Assembly (NCBI GenBank): GCA_051362555.1
Contig: CM120644.1
Span: 2,736,954-2,800,953 of the forward strand
Reading direction: 5' to 3'
Length of the DNA: 64,000 bases
Source of the DNA: Lingula anatina
Taxonomy: Eukaryota; Animalia; Brachiopoda
A program made the position numbers and the translations under genes. The notes below the pieces were generated by a model that saw only the letters and a list, made by a program, of their open reading frames with translations, was not told the DNA's origin and did no database searches. Shown here in pieces: positions 1 to 14,293 of the stretch (within the stretch, counting starts at the first letter, position 1; every line of letters starts with the position of its first letter).

Positions 1-552
1 GCAAAGCCGAGCACGAAAGTGGATCTGCACAATGCGTTGACAGTTTTACTATGTCCATCTAAACAAGCAGTGGACGGCCCTAGGGATAAACTTAGTTAAG
101 ATTTAGCTTGTTTTCTTGGAAATATTTATCAGTAAAGATGACGATAAAACAAGATGGCGGGGACTATCGTTATCGAGGGGCTTAAAGTGCAAGGCCAAAC
201 ATGAAATTGGACCTGTACTTTGAGTTGACAGTTAAACTGTGTCCATCTAAACAAGTAGTGGAAGGTCTTAGGGATAAACTTAGTTAAAATTTAGCTTGTT
301 TTCTTGGAAATATTTATCGGTAAAGATGACGATAAAACAAGATGGCGGCAACTATCGTTATCGAGGGGCTTAAAATGCAAGGCCAAACACGAAATTGGAC
401 CTGTACTTTGCGTTGACAGTTGAACTGTGTCCATCTTAATAAGTAGTGGAAGGCCTTAGGGATAAACTTAGATAAAATTAACGTAGTTTCTTAGAAATAT
501 TTATTGGTAAAGATGACAATAAAACAAGATGGCGGCAACTATCGTTATCAAT
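1..552. repeat. Tandem repeat, 188-bp unit, about 3 copies (continues off the window edge)
   Basis: GTTGACAGTT recurs at 36, 224 and 412. Each unit contains AAACAAGATGGCGG. Confidence 0.9.
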
Positions 553-3051
553 GGGCAACAAACGATGGTATTTTTATCCGTGATTTATACCTAAGTAAAA
601 CAATGCGATAAAATGTGTCTCACATCCTTATAATCATTATTTTTGTTTTCAGATGCCATTAAAATGGGTAAAGGCTCACAGGAGAAAAAATAAATAGAAA
701 AATCTGGCAGCAAAAATCGGTAAGCTTTCTGGTCTATAACTAGAACTTAAGTTTATGGAGTTGAAAGTAAAATGTTTTATATACATGGGCACTATTATTC
801 TGTCCCCGGCAACATTATTTCCAGTATAGAATACAAAGGCTACATGTAGTTGCTCTCACCACAGTGGACTTACACAAATGACAAATAATAAGAGACTAGC
901 ACATGTCAGAACCTTTTTAACAGTAAAATATTATTTTATTATCTCAGATGAATGTAATAATACAAGTGTTGCAGATGATTTAGTTGCACCACTGTCAAGT
1001 TTGCTAAGTGATTGTCAACAATCAGAATGACACACTGATGTATTAAATAAGCAAATGATTCACAACAAAATTGTAAGCTGCCCGAAATTAAATATTTAAT
1101 TTTTGCTCGATAGTTTTACAAGTGCACAAAGAGCTAGGTCAGTGTTGTCCGCACAGTGGACTTTAACATAACATGAGCAATTAACACATGTCAGCATCTT
1201 TTTAACTGTGTGATAATATTTTTTCAGATATATGTTGCAATGGAAGTGATTCTGATGACGACGTACCTCTGTCAAGTTAACTCGGTGCTACTCAAGAACC
1301 TGACAGGCACATTGATATTTCAGCAAATGGACCACCTTGAAACTAGCCATATGTTGTTCTTCATGAAAAAACAAATATATCACTATAAATTGTCTCCCTT
1401 CTGTAAACTCTGAAGTTTAGTGTACTGTCAAGTCTAGGTTGGAATTGGTCAGTAGTGCTCTTAGCAATAGATAAATATTATCATCAAGTGCATAATTTTA
1501 TTGAATGAGATATTAATCCTGAAACAAGTCAAAATAGGGGGAAAATGCTATAATTCTTTGTCATGTGAAACTAGTACTCCTAAATAAATTACCTATCTGT
1601 TGTGATTGTGTCAGTCAGTGGTATCTAAAGGTGTTAACATTTTTATTTGCATTTCAATTTCTGTGCCTTATTAAATCTATAATAAAATGCTTATGAACAG
1701 AATATGACTTGTATTATGTTACTTTAACAGCCAGAAATGAATGATCAGTTTTAAATGCCAAATCTGATGAAATGTTGATAATTTTTAGCAATCATCTTTT
1801 AATTAGTCATTTTTTAGTGAGATGGCAAACAAAATTGTTACACATATTATTCTTCCAATACATTCTGTGGAAGATGTTCAAAAGACTGATGTTTCAAAAC
1901 TGATTTTGCATGATTAAGAAGTCGCATGATTAAGAAGTCGCAAGGAAACTATATTGCATGTGTTCTTTATAAATATGAAAAAAACGAGTTTACTTTTATT
2001 TGATTGTCTTACCTTTCACTATTATTATGAAGTAGTACCCAAATAAGTGTTTGTGAAAGCGAAATTAAAAACTTCTTTTTCTTAAAGGGTTTTTTTCAGT
2101 CCTTTTTGTTTCACTGATTTGCTATGAGTATTCTGGTAAATTTCAATCAATTATGCTCTAAAAGAATGACCGCTGATAGTGACAAAGTTTTACAAACATG
2201 CATAATAGATCAAGTTTCTATTTTGGTGTAGCTTCACCAGTTTCTCCCAGTAGGTTAGCATGGCCTTATTGTCCAAAACAGCATCGAATATCACTATCAG
2301 TTACGTTGATAATCTCGTCACGTTTCCGGCTGTATCTCCACGTTGAGTCAATTTCTATAAAATGGCAGCTGTTGTTACAGGTAGTGCGCTATTCAGTATT
2401 GCCTCTACTTAATACCAATTATTAAGACAACTACGAAATGTAAACAAACTGTACATCTTTAGCACTTTTTAATAAAACAACTCCATGTGTGCCAGTGCTA
2501 ATCCAATATGACGGATCTACTTGACGACGATGTGGCGTCCTCGAGAATGCACGAGAAATCACGCTATTCGCTAAACACGGGCTAGGTACAATGGGGATTA
2601 AAATAAAGCCCGGCTATCAAAACAACTTAAGGGGAACAATAGAGCAATGTTTTCCCGTACGAACGTCTGTTCAAAAGGAAAATGCGGCTGTCCAATCTTT
2701 CCGTTTATTAGATCTTAGATGAGAGGCAATTTCTCTCCAATAAAGAAATGTGGCATTAATTAAGGGTGAGAAATCTGGGGTGTCCTGTTGTGAGAAGTAC
2801 ATGTGAGAACTATTAAAATAAGTCCAACACTGATGTGGACCCCATTTCTGCAGCAAGCATCTATCAATTGCATGTTTTTACAGAGATGAACTAGTTATCG
2901 TCTACAAATCTGCTAAAAGTCTACATTCTAGCCTGAATATACTACAGGCTTGCTGTAAAAAAAAGGGAGACTCAAAATAAACTTAAGAAATATTGTCTGA
3001 AATAATCATTCTGCACAGTTACCCACCCTCATACACTGCAAATGCTATACA

Positions 3052-3219
3052 CAGGGGCGGATTTAGGCCGTCTTCAAGGTCTTCTGGAAGACGATCAGAT
3101 TTTCAAGTTTACATTGACGGGTATTTATTTTTTTCTGTCGAAAGACGGTCAAAAATGGAGGATGGATCAACAAAGATAATTTGGAAGACTGTCAGAAAGT
3201 GTCTCTGGATCTGCCCCTG
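3052..3219 (+). mobile_element. 168-bp MITE with 5-bp TSD
   Basis: Ends are CAGGGGCGGAT...ATCTGCCCCTG, flanked by ATACA on both sides (3047-3051, 3220-3224). A second copy lies inverted at 60953-61120. Confidence 0.85.
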
Positions 3220-4979
3220 ATACAGGTGCAGAGCATGTTGAATTGTTAAGGAAAATGTGTACCTGGGAATTTTTCTTACACAGACTTGTATAATATTATA
3301 TAATCTCTTGAGAATTTGACCATAAGAACCCAGAGAGCCTATTAAAAGCTGAATCAGTACAAGCATTTACCAATGAACAGCTCAACCCTAGTATCAGTAA
3401 AAGAAAAGTATTTGATACTAAAATAAATTTCATAGTACTCTACATCTGTTATAGTCATTCAAAACTCTAAGAAAGGTCATCAATTGAAAAGTAGCTCAAG
3501 AAGTTCAATAACCTGCATTCTACAGCATCAAACTTATTTTGACATTTTTCTAATAGAAAAACCAGTTAGTAAACAGGGGCTTTTTAGATTTCAGGAAAAC
3601 AAACAATGGTATTACATAAATTAAAATAATGCCATAAAAAGCCGCTGTAAAAAAAAATTACTCACATTACCTATAATAAGGTTTCTACCTATCTATAAGT
3701 ATTATTTTTTCTATGTACTAAACTTCTTTAATACTACTTGCTATCTAGATAAAATGCATACTTCTGGTACTTAGATTATATAAAACAATACTCACATTCT
3801 ATTGGAACACTGGGTGGCTTCTTTGCTTCAACTGTGAGCTGGAAGAAACAGAGGAAGAATATGATGTATACCCAATGAATAAATAAGAACTACTTAATCC
3901 AGAATTCATGTTAATACCCCCGTATATCAAAAACATACACCTTCACAATTCCTCATCACAACTGTTGAGAGGAAACTAAGGTAACTCAATAAATATATTA
4001 TAATATAGAATGAACCTTGACCCCTTTGAGGCAAAGTACACTATACAGTATACAATACTGTTCTGCATATCACAGGCTATTCAACATCATAAAACCCATT
4101 CTGCCCTATGAATCCATTAAGGGCAAATTCTCCTCAATAAGTTTTATTTTCCCCATTTTCTGATCTTAACTTCTTTTATCATGAGCAATGTTGATGCACA
4201 ACTCCAGAAGTTACTACACAGTATCAGATAAAGCTTTGGAATTCAGATTTGACTACATGATTATCTTCAGCATCTGATGTTATGTATAACATTTTAAACT
4301 GTTGATTAAGACTTTTTGCTATATACTTGCTCTTGAATTGTTTTCAAGAGCAGTAAAATTTCCTCCCCTAACATACCTGTGAATATTAAACTGAAATTTA
4401 CAACTTACCAGACTTCTGTAAACTTTGTCAATCCTTGACTTGTAAGTAGCTGCACTGCACGTTTGTAGGTCACTGCATCTCATTAGTCAAATGAACTAAT
4501 TTTGGGATTATGGGTAATCTCATGATGAGAGGATTGAATCTTCCCAAAAAGTGTGATAGCTTATCTGTTCTCCTCTCCACTAGAATTAACCCATAGTGTA
4601 ATAAAACTGCAGTAACTGCTGCACATTTCTTCCAAAATGTGGCTTTTACTTTTTGAGTATGCCATAGAAATTATATTCTAAATTGCATTGCATTTCTAAC
4701 AATTTATTAATATATCAATGTAACTTGAAAAGTAATTAGTACTGTCTATTGTTTGTAGCTAGAAAAGAACGTAGCACTGACTATTGCTTTTAACTTGAAA
4801 TGTCTTTTGAAGGCAAACACTGATACCAGCTGGTATATTACAGTACTGATCACATCACTAAACAAAACATTTAAATAAATGTAAATTAAATACTTCTAAT
4901 TTTTTAGAGGTCTCTGTAGTTAATCAGATCATGACTATTTAGTTAGTTGGGGAGAATCAACCAGTTATTAAAATTTTCA

Positions 4980-7772
4980 AACAAAATATGTGAAAAATTA
5001 AAATTTCACAAAAACCTATTTAGAAAATGTAACTAGCAATAAAAAATTTAAATGTCTTCAGGCCCATGGAACTTCAATGTCACACCTTTTACCAAAATGT
5101 AAACAAGGATACCTATACTGAAATAAGTTTATTTCCATTTTCAACACATTTTTACATAAAACAAAATCAAAATAATCAATTTACTGCCATTTTTACTGTC
5201 AATTGCTGACACAAGAAAGTATCAGTAGAACAATTTTAAATGTCCAATTTGATCCATTCTGAGATTTTAAACAGAGCGAATGATTGATCTGACAAATTGC
5301 AATGATATGAGTTTATTTCCAATTTAACTCTTTATTCCACAATACACAAAAACAGGTTTTCCATCATTTTTTATAATCAATTAACAATATTGTAAACATG
5401 CAGAAAATGTCACCCCTTGACGGCATTCTCAGACCATGATACTCTTTTAACACTACTCATACTCAAATAGCTGCGAGGATTTCTTTCGAACAAGTTCAGC
5501 TAATTAATTGCCCACTTGTACGTATGCATTCCATATGTAACATCCGGTCTTGACCGCGATTCACAGTTAACTCCAATTTAACCCAGCTCACGATCTGGGT
5601 TCATTTCGACCGCAATCAAGGGGACGATGTTTTTTTATAATCAATTAACAATATTGTAAACATGCAGACAATGTCAAGAGAACACTTTAACATATCTAAT
5701 TAGTTCAATAATGAGACTGTTAACATGCCTGAGAATTAAATGAGAAAAAACACTTATATCCAAAAAAAAAAAAAGGCATAACTTCATCAAAACTGAACCA
5801 ATCAAGTTGATTTTCAAACTCAACCTGTATTATGGTAAGATTGATCACTCCATTGATTTTCAAGACAATAGGCTTACTGGTTTTCCTTGAAATGTGTTCT
5901 CAGTGTTGCATATACACTATTGAAAAAAATGGTCCAATCATGCTGATTTTCGATCTTGTCCTGCGTATTATGAATATTTATCAGTTCTGTAAGTTTCAAG
6001 CCAAAAGGTAAAATGGTTTTTCACTTATTGTGTTTTCAGTGGTGCATATATGCTGCAAAAAGTAAAAAAACAGCATAAATTAAAAAAAAAAAAAAATGGC
6101 CCAATCATGCTGATTTTCAAACTTGACCTGCCTATTATGAATACTCATCAGTTCTGTAAGTTTCAAGCCAAAAGGTACAATGGTTTTCCACTTATTGTGT
6201 TTTCAGTGTTGCATATATGCTGCAAAAAGTGAAAAAACTGCATAAATTTTTATAAAAATGGCCCGATCATGCTGATTTTCAAACTTGACCTGCGTTTTGT
6301 GAATGTCTATCAGTTCTGTAAGTTTCAAGCCAAAAGGTAAAACAGTTTTTTACTTATCATGTTATCGGTGTTGCATATATACTGAAAAAAGTGAAAAAAC
6401 AGCATAACTTCAATAAAAATGGTCCGATCAAGCTGATTTTCGAACTTGACCTGCGTATAATGAATATTTATCAGTTCAGCAAGTTTCAAACCAAAAGGTA
6501 AAATGGTTTTCCACTCATCGTGTTATCGGTGCTGCATATATGCTGAAAAAAGTGAAAAAACAGCATAACTTCCCTACAAATGGCCCGATCATGCTAATTT
6601 TCGAACTTGACCTGTGGATTATGAATATTCATCAGTTCTGTAAGTTTCAAGCCAAAAGGTACAATGGTTTTCCACTTATTGTGTTTTCAGTGTTGCATAT
6701 ATGCTGCAAAAAGTGAAAAAACTGCATAATTTTTTATAAAAATGGCCCGATCATGCTGATTTTCGAACTTGACCTGCGTTTTGTGAATGTCTATCAGTTC
6801 TGTAAGTTTCAAGCCAAAAGGTAAAACAGTTTTTTACTTATCATGTTATCGGTGTTGCATATATACTGAAAAAAGTGAAAAAACAGCATAACTTCAATAA
6901 AAATGGTCCGATCATGCTGATTTTCGAACTTGACCTGTGGATTATGAATATTCATCAGTTCTGTAAGTTTCAAGCCAAAAGGTAAAACGGTTCTTCACTT
7001 TTCGCGTTATCTGTATTGCATATATGTTGAAAAAAGTGAAAAAAACAGCAAAACTGCCCTAAAAATGGCCAGATCATGCTGATTTTCTAACTTTACCTGC
7101 GTATTATGAATATTCATCAGTTCTGTAAGTTTCAAGCCAAAAGGTAAAACGGTATTTCACTTATCGTGTTATCGGTGTTGCATATATGCTGAAAAAAGTG
7201 AAAAAACAGCGTAACTTCCCTAAAAATGACCCGATCATGCTAATTTTCGAACTTGACCTGCGTATTATGAATATTCATCTGTGCTGTAAGTTTCAAGCCA
7301 AAAGCAAAAACGGTTTTCCACTTATCGTGGTATCGGTGTTGCATATATGCTGAAAAAAGTGAAAAAACAGCGTAACTTCCCTAAAAATGACCCAATCATG
7401 CTGATTTTCGAACTTGACCTGCGTATTATGAATATTCATCAGTTTTGTAAGTTTCAAGCCAAAAAGTAAAATGGTTTTCCACTAATCGTGTTATCGGTGC
7501 TGCATATATGCTGAAAAAAGTGAAAAAACAGCATAACTTCCCTAAAAATGGCCCGATCATGCGGATTTTCGAACTTGACCTGCATATTATGAATATTCAT
7601 CAGTTCTGTAAGTTTCAAGCCAAAAGCAAAAACGGTTTTCCACTTATCGTGTTATCAGTAAAAGTGCACGACGGCGACGACGGCGACGACGGCACCGACG
7701 GCGACGACGGCGACGACGACAGACGCAGATGATGGCTATATGTACAGACACATCTGTGTCTGTACATAAAAA
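4980..7772 (+). mobile_element. Non-autonomous Helentron-type element (HINE family A), 3' part
   Basis: Satellite array, then a GGCGAC/GACGAC microsatellite, then the terminal hairpin TATGTACAGACACA-TC-TGTGTCTGTACATA (7739-7768) and an A-run. The left boundary is approximate. Confidence 0.75.
5770..7660 (+). repeat. About 161-bp satellite array, about 12 copies, inside HINE-A
   Basis: TATGCTGAAAAAAGTG starts at 7185 and 7346 (period 161). The core GATCATGCTGATTTTCGAACTTGACCTG recurs throughout. Confidence 0.92.
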
Positions 7773-8574
7773 TGAAGATTGCATTCATATGACCACTGAT
7801 TTTATTTGAAGAGACAATGTCTGAGATTTTGCCTGAAGGAAGAGACTTTATGTGATTTTATAGACTTACTAGTAACTTATCTACTTAATGACAGTTTTTT
7901 TGAATTTTAAACACCTTACCTGATATTAATCAATGGTTTCTGGATTTAAATTAAATTTAATGAAGATTTTTTTTAAATTGAAATAATCGTGAATCTTGGA
8001 TTGGGTGAAAAACACTATAATAGTGAAAAAAAAAACTGCCTTGACTCCAGGAATAAGGTGGGAATTAAGTTCTTTCACAGGACTGGTAATAATTTTCTTG
8101 ACATGAATCATTAAACAATTCATATAAAATACATTTATGATTGTTTGAATTTAATATTATAATATTTTTATAAAAAGTTTCTTTGAGATGTCTTTTTGTA
8201 TTATTTTCCCATTCCCATCACATTATTTAGTTGGTTGAAGATATTGTTCAGTGTAATGTTATGAATTAATTAAACAGTTTAAAATATATCACTAATCTTT
8301 TTGTTTCTACTGCAACACAGGCAGATCAAGTCCTCTGAAGAATTCATCCATTAATTAGCTAGCTAATTTTTCAGTTATACCTTGCAGTCTGTAGATTTCA
8401 GATGCTTAAGATATTTCATCAGGACATTGATCTGCCTGTGCATCAGACATGTTATTACAGTGCTCTACTACGTATGTAATTCTGGATAAAATTATTTTGC
8501 CTTTGGTCCAATGATGTAAATCACTGAGCCCCTGGTTTTAGGTTGGGTCATTAATCGTTGTGCAAATTGCAGAT

Positions 8575-8951
8575 ACCTCGGTGACCAGTTGGCCTACCGT
8601 TGGCCCAATGTTAAAGCAATGTTGGTTTGAGGTTGGGTAATCGTTGGACTGATGTTGGTTATTAGTAGAACCAACGTAAATACACTGTTGGTTACAGGTT
8701 GGGTAATTGTTGGGCCAACGTTGAATATTAGTTGGCCCAATGTAGGGCCAACGTATTTTGGTTGGGAATATGTTGGCAATGCGTTAGCATTGAAATTGAC
8801 CAACGTCGGGCCAACGTTGGCCAAATACGTTCAGCCAACCGTTGGCCAAAGTGAGCACTTAGATGGAAACCCAACGTTGGGCCAACGTATGCATGGTCAA
8901 CCAAGGCAACGTTGGGCCAACGTTGGGCCAACGTTTGCATGCTATCTGGGA
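8575..8951. mobile_element. MITE-like element built from repeated CCAACGTTGG palindromes
   Basis: Many copies of (GGG)CCAACGTTGG. The right end is TGCTATCTGGG and the left end is degenerate. No TSD resolved. Confidence 0.6.
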
Positions 8952-9394
8952 TATTATGTCATATTAATCCTTCCAGACAGTGTTGTCATCTGCCATTCAT
9001 TGTTGAATGGATAACTCTTATTTGCGTATGTTGGTGCATGTATAGATAAATGTTCACAGTTTTCTGTTTATCCATGAATTTCAAATGTCCATGGTGTCCG
9101 TATAGTATATATCCAATGGGAATGACACAGAAATGCATGTCAAAGGAAAAACTGAACTACATATATCTAAGCAGTTATCTTCAAAATCCAATACAGTTAT
9201 GTATATCAGGCAAAGTTGTAATGTGTCATGGTTTAAATCATGCATAAGTTCATGATAATCTTATACATGTATATAATCATGCTAATAACATTTTCATAGT
9301 TTCAATAACAGTAAAATAATAGACTTATAATAAAATAATAATAACTCAATCTGGCATCCCATATTATTGAATTTATATTGCATGTGCATCACTC

Positions 9395-9702
9395 TCAGGC
9401 CTATCCAACTACCAGACTTGGCACCGAATGATCCTGAATTCACCGGCAGATCGGACCACAATACCCATTTTTAAGGTGGGCGTCAGTACGCACTTTGAAG
9501 TATCAGACAAGACACTGCTCTTGCCTAGTACGCAATGTGATGGCAAAGATTCTGAGTTGGGTTGGAAAGTAGTGCATCTCATCTCAAAATTTGTTCCGGG
9601 GCATGATACTGTGAAATGCGACTGACCCACACCTTGAAAACTGGTAGTGTGGTCCTATCTACCGATGAATTCAGGTGCAGTCTGGTATTTGGGTAGGCCT
9701 GA
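9395..9702. mobile_element. Fold-back MITE with about 90-bp imperfect terminal inverted repeats
   Basis: TCAGGCCTATCCAACTACCAGACT...GGACCACAATACC mirrors GGTAGTGTGGTCC...AGTCTGGTATTTGGGTAGGCCTGA. No TSD seen. Confidence 0.7.
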
Positions 9703-10245
9703 ATGTAAACAAAAGTAAATTCACTTAACAAACATGATGTATTAAAAGATGAATAGTGTTTACATTTGTTTTAAGTATCAGGTATCAGAAAACATTCAGA
9801 CAATTACAATGTATATCAGTCAAACAAAATAAACATAAGTCTACAAGCAATTCACATTATTTCTTGTAATCAGTACTTCCCCCTTGTCCTACATGAACAA
9901 TATTCAGGTTCCTATCAGTCATGTCTGGGGGAAAAATAATCATATGACCGCTGAACTCCAATTAGTCCCCCACCTAATACGAATAAAAGCGTTTAGAAAA
10001 GCTCTTTCCTTCAATATGTGATGTGGCCAAACAATTTTTACGGTGCATGAAGATAAACAGTTAAAGAATATCCACAATAAAATTCGGCAACCGAGAGAAG
10101 CGCCAACATATAGATAATTGCGATAGTATTTATGTCAAAATATCAAAATGAATAGCCCCGCCGTTAGAGCCTTTTAACCAATCAAAGCAACGGAAAGGGG
10201 GTCACGTCACCTTCCCACCAGGCCATGCCATGTAAACAAAGCAGC

Positions 10246-12345
10246 ATGGTCGGCTGTAGTGAGGAGTCTGAGGAGGGAGACGCGAAATCTTCGCCAAATT
10301 CTCATCTTTCGTGTTGCATGCACATAGAAGAAGGTAGCTTATTAAGAGACTCTAGATACCATCACACGTTTTCGCTGGGAAACTTTTAGAGTCGCAGCGA
10401 AACAATGGCTGAAATTTGGCAGCAGAGAAGCCGCTGCTGTTCAGTGGATCCGTACGGATTTAGATAGAGGATTCGACGATTTGGAAGCCAAACCACGATG
10501 TCACTTCTCTTGCTACAGAAAGCTATCTCAGGCGGCAAAGAAGTATGAGAAAGCTGAGAAACAAGGCAGTCTTGCTGAAGAAGGTATGTCAACATATTGT
10601 AATTTGTTTTTAAGTCAGCTCCGATCGTGTGATGTTTACATCGTACGTGGCTGATGTTACATAACAATATGTGACTGATAAAAGTGATATGAAAGAAAGA
10701 AAAAAAAAAGAAAATGATAAAAACAAGTTTATTAGTGTTATTATTATTTTATTTGTAAATACTTAGAGGTTTTAAGATTTGAAACAACTCATTCTCTGCT
10801 GAATCTGCTGAATAAGATAGTAAAAGACCCCATTTCCAGAGATTAGATCGATCTACTTTAGGGGTTCACGCTAAACAGCTGTCAGTGGGGTGGACACGAA
10901 AGTTAATTACCCCCTTACAGCTTGTAGTAGGCGGGACGGACATTTAAGCCAGGTTATCTGACAGTAATCTAGTGAGACTCCCCACGGGGACAGATCAATC
11001 TAAAAGCTCTGGGAATACAGTCTAAGCTAGCTGGATGTTCTTGCCATGATTAACATCTCATTATTAGTTCATCCATTTTAGCATTGCATTTACACAAAAT
11101 AATGTAAGGCTTCACACAACAAGATATACAAACAAATATTATGGTGGGATTTTATGAGACAGAGGCTTAAGTATCATGGTAGAATATTTTATGTTATTTG
11201 TGGAGTGGTCCTCCCCCCCCCCCCCCCCCAATACATTGCTGAACATGTGCAACCATTAGTGAATATAAATGTGTATAGGCTAAGCCCAACTTCAATGAGA
11301 ATGTATTTTAGGGATTATTTATTGTATCTTGTGAGCCAGAAAAAGTAGGATAGCTTTTCACAGAACAAGCTGCAATGTGATTAATTTAATTAGGACTGTT
11401 AGGAATAATCCTTGTAACTTTCCCTTATGAATAGAATCAGTAAAGGTATACATAAATAGTATCAATAAAGAATTACGTTGACAAACAGTATCAATAAAGG
11501 AATAATGATAATGAGTAGGGTGACTGGTAGATGTAGTTCAGTTAAAGAGAAGAGGCACTTTTATTCAAGGCATCTTATATTAATCCGGGCAGCAGAATTA
11601 TAGTGGGCTCCCTTTTAATTATTAGATCTTTAAGCTTGATTAATTTGTCTTTGTTGCAACAAATATTAAACAGTGGGTCTCATTTGCCTGTAGTTTGTTA
11701 CAGTTTAGTTCCTCATAAAAGGAACATGCTGAGCCACTAATACATTAAATCTTATACCTACCCTATGCCCTTTGAATCATGAGGATATATGTAATTATAC
11801 TTGTCAATATCACTTGGTGTCAATCATTTGATAAACTCACATGCTACTGTCTTATCTTATTTCATTATTATTTATTTATTTTATAGTGAAATCATAGTGA
11901 TTGTATATACAATTGCACTTGCAACAATCAAGGATTTGCGGTCTGCTCTGTATTTGCTAAATCATTTGTGTAACCAGGTATCCAGATGTATTTATTTGAA
12001 ATATGTATTCTCTGTTGTCTTTTTATTTGTACAGGGCAAATGTTTTTATAACTGAATTTTGAGCACATTACTATTTTTTACATATCTTTGTTACACCCAT
12101 TTGGATATTTATCCAACTTAATTTAAGGTTGTTTCTGTAATAGTCAGTATCTGCACATTATAATTCACTAATATATATGGTATGAAAAGTAAAATGCTTT
12201 TTTTGCTTCTTTTACAGAACCATCAACCAGTTGTACTCTTCCCAAAATACAAGGTCCATCTCCCAAGAAATTGAGATCAGTCTCAGGGTTTGGTATATCA
12301 AAGTCACCAGTGCTGCCAGCTATCTGCATTATTTGTAAAAAAAAA
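10246..12345 (+). pseudogene. Remnant N-terminal transposase exons (10246-10583 and 12218-~12345)
   Basis: ATG at 10246, a frameshift near 10345, then RWETFRVAAKQW...CHFSCYRK...AEE with a G|GTATGT donor. The acceptor TTTTACAG at 12217 continues in phase 1 as EPSTS...SPKKLRS...VLPAICIICKK, then breaks at a poly(A) run. Confidence 0.6.
10826..11024. mobile_element. About 200-bp MITE
   Basis: Imperfect inverted ends AGACCCCATTTCCAGAG...CTCTGGGAATACAGTCT. A second, interrupted copy lies at about 36355-37072. Confidence 0.7.
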
Positions 12346-14293
12346 AAAAAAAAAGTTGTGGTCGTCTAATTTTTGCAAGTGTTTTGATATTTAATGGAGA
12401 CACACTCATTTTGATGTAATTTTAACATTCATAATATTTTTTTTTTGTTTTGTATGTCCTTAATTTGTTTGAGATTGAGCTATTTAATTCCTGCCAGAAT
12501 AGTTTTTCGATTTTTATGTTCAATATTTCTACAAGGTTTTCTATTTGATATAATTTCTTTGGTGGGTTGTTATCTTCGGATAGATTCTGTCCTTGTGTTT
12601 CCCTTTGTATCTTGCTCAAGATTGTGCACCTGATTTACAGTTCTATTATCTACTGGTAGTTGTTCCAGTCTAAGACTAATCTTTAGACAGGTTTAGTTAT
12701 AGTTGAAATAATAGGGTAACTGCCGAGCTCAGCTCTAAAAATGGTATTGCTAGCCTGCTTTCTTAGACCTACAATCCATTTGCAAAACTTTAAGTGTACC
12801 TGTTCAAATGGCATTTTATTAATCTTTTTTCTGATATGCACAGGAAATGTATAAAGTTATAATTTCACAGTTGAAATAATTAAGTTGGAAAAAATATATT
12901 ATATATATCATAAAAGCCTTGTTAAATGTGAGCTATTATTTCTTTTAATATTCTGTTGTTACTAGACAATGCTGCAATTAATTGCAAAAATCAAACTTCT
13001 TTAAAAATAGTACCTTTGCAATTTTAAGATAAACTTGAACATAAAAACCTCAATTATTCTACCTAATGAAGCACTTAGATATTTTTGAAATAATTTTTTG
13101 AGCACTTGCCAGCTTCATAAACAGACAGCCCTCATGATACCTAGTTTGTAACTCTACACATGGATTTATACTATTTATCAGTGTAAAATATTGAGTAAAA
13201 TAATTTTCAGTGATTATATGCGCTTTAATTCAATGTAACATTACTGAACATACATGTAAGTGATTATATGATCACTATATAGGGTAATAGTGTGACCTGT
13301 GTGCGATTGTAGTAGAAGTGGTACAGTGCAGTCTACGGGCTATATACTACATACCTTCTTGCTGTGAATTCACGTCAACATTTAGCCAATTATATAAATA
13401 CACGTATTCTCCAACTATTTAAATCTTTCTCTCAATATTGACATCGATTTTAAAATCCTAGGACGTATTTTTTTTTTATTTAAACAACGCATGGGAATCA
13501 TCTATTAAATGTGCAAGCTTCGCATGAAAATTCATTGTTTACATCGATCAGATGTAGGTCAAGTTATCACGTGACCCCTTTCCGTTGCTTTGATTGGTTT
13601 AAAGGGCAGAACGGCAGCACTTGGAACTACTCGGATGTCTCCGCACTCGACAGTCGAGGACTGCCGATTGGAACGGCAGGGCTATTCATTTTGATGTTTC
13701 AGCATAAATACTATCGCAATTATCTATATGTTGGCGCATCCTACGGTTGCCGAATTTATTGTGGGTATTTTTTAACTGTTTATCTTACATGCACCGTGAA
13801 AATTGTCTGGCCACTGAAGCTTTTTACACAATGAAACGATAGACCAGTGTAGGCAAGGGACTAAATTGGATCATTCTGGAAAAGACTTCACTTACATTTT
13901 AAACATAAAAAACAAATGCCATCAACAATGAGATTTGAGAGCATCTTTTAAAATTTCAATAACAGTTTAGTAGCGTCATTACCAAGATAAAATCTACATA
14001 CAAATCTAAATTCTATCTGATGAAAATATGACTTAACCACATTTACTACACCCACTTTGCTGTCTGTCTTATGAGGTATTATTTTCAATTGCGCCTGTGC
14101 ATGAATTTTAGGCATGTTCTATTTTTATTAAAACACCCCTAACTCTTTTTTTTTGTTTGTTTTCTATCTCGTCACTTTTATGCTATTTGCTTTTATTTTT
14201 GAGGTTTTCAATTGGTTTCCAAGTATTCTGACCATAAGGGAACCCTTTTCACTGTGTCTCATGGTCTTTTCTGACTTGACCTCATAAGACCTT

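Larger units (their letters stand above)
10000..13821 (+). mobile_element. Internally deleted DNA transposon with about 200-250-bp TIRs (Academ-like, superfamily tentative)
   Basis: 10023-10215 is the reverse complement of about 13560-13814 (GTGGCCAAACAATTTTTACGGTGCATG / CATGCACCGTGAAAATTGTCTGGCCAC). It encloses two remnant coding exons. Confidence 0.7.

Noticed and set aside
5770-7660. CRISPR-like regular repeats (also 23850-26260)
   Set aside because: Whole monomers repeat with no unique spacers, there are no cas genes, and the context is eukaryotic. These are satellites inside Helentron-type elements.
8594-9014. ORFs with repeated NVGPT / GQRW motifs on both strands
   Set aside because: They arise from a palindromic CCAACGTTGG DNA repeat, with no coding evidence.
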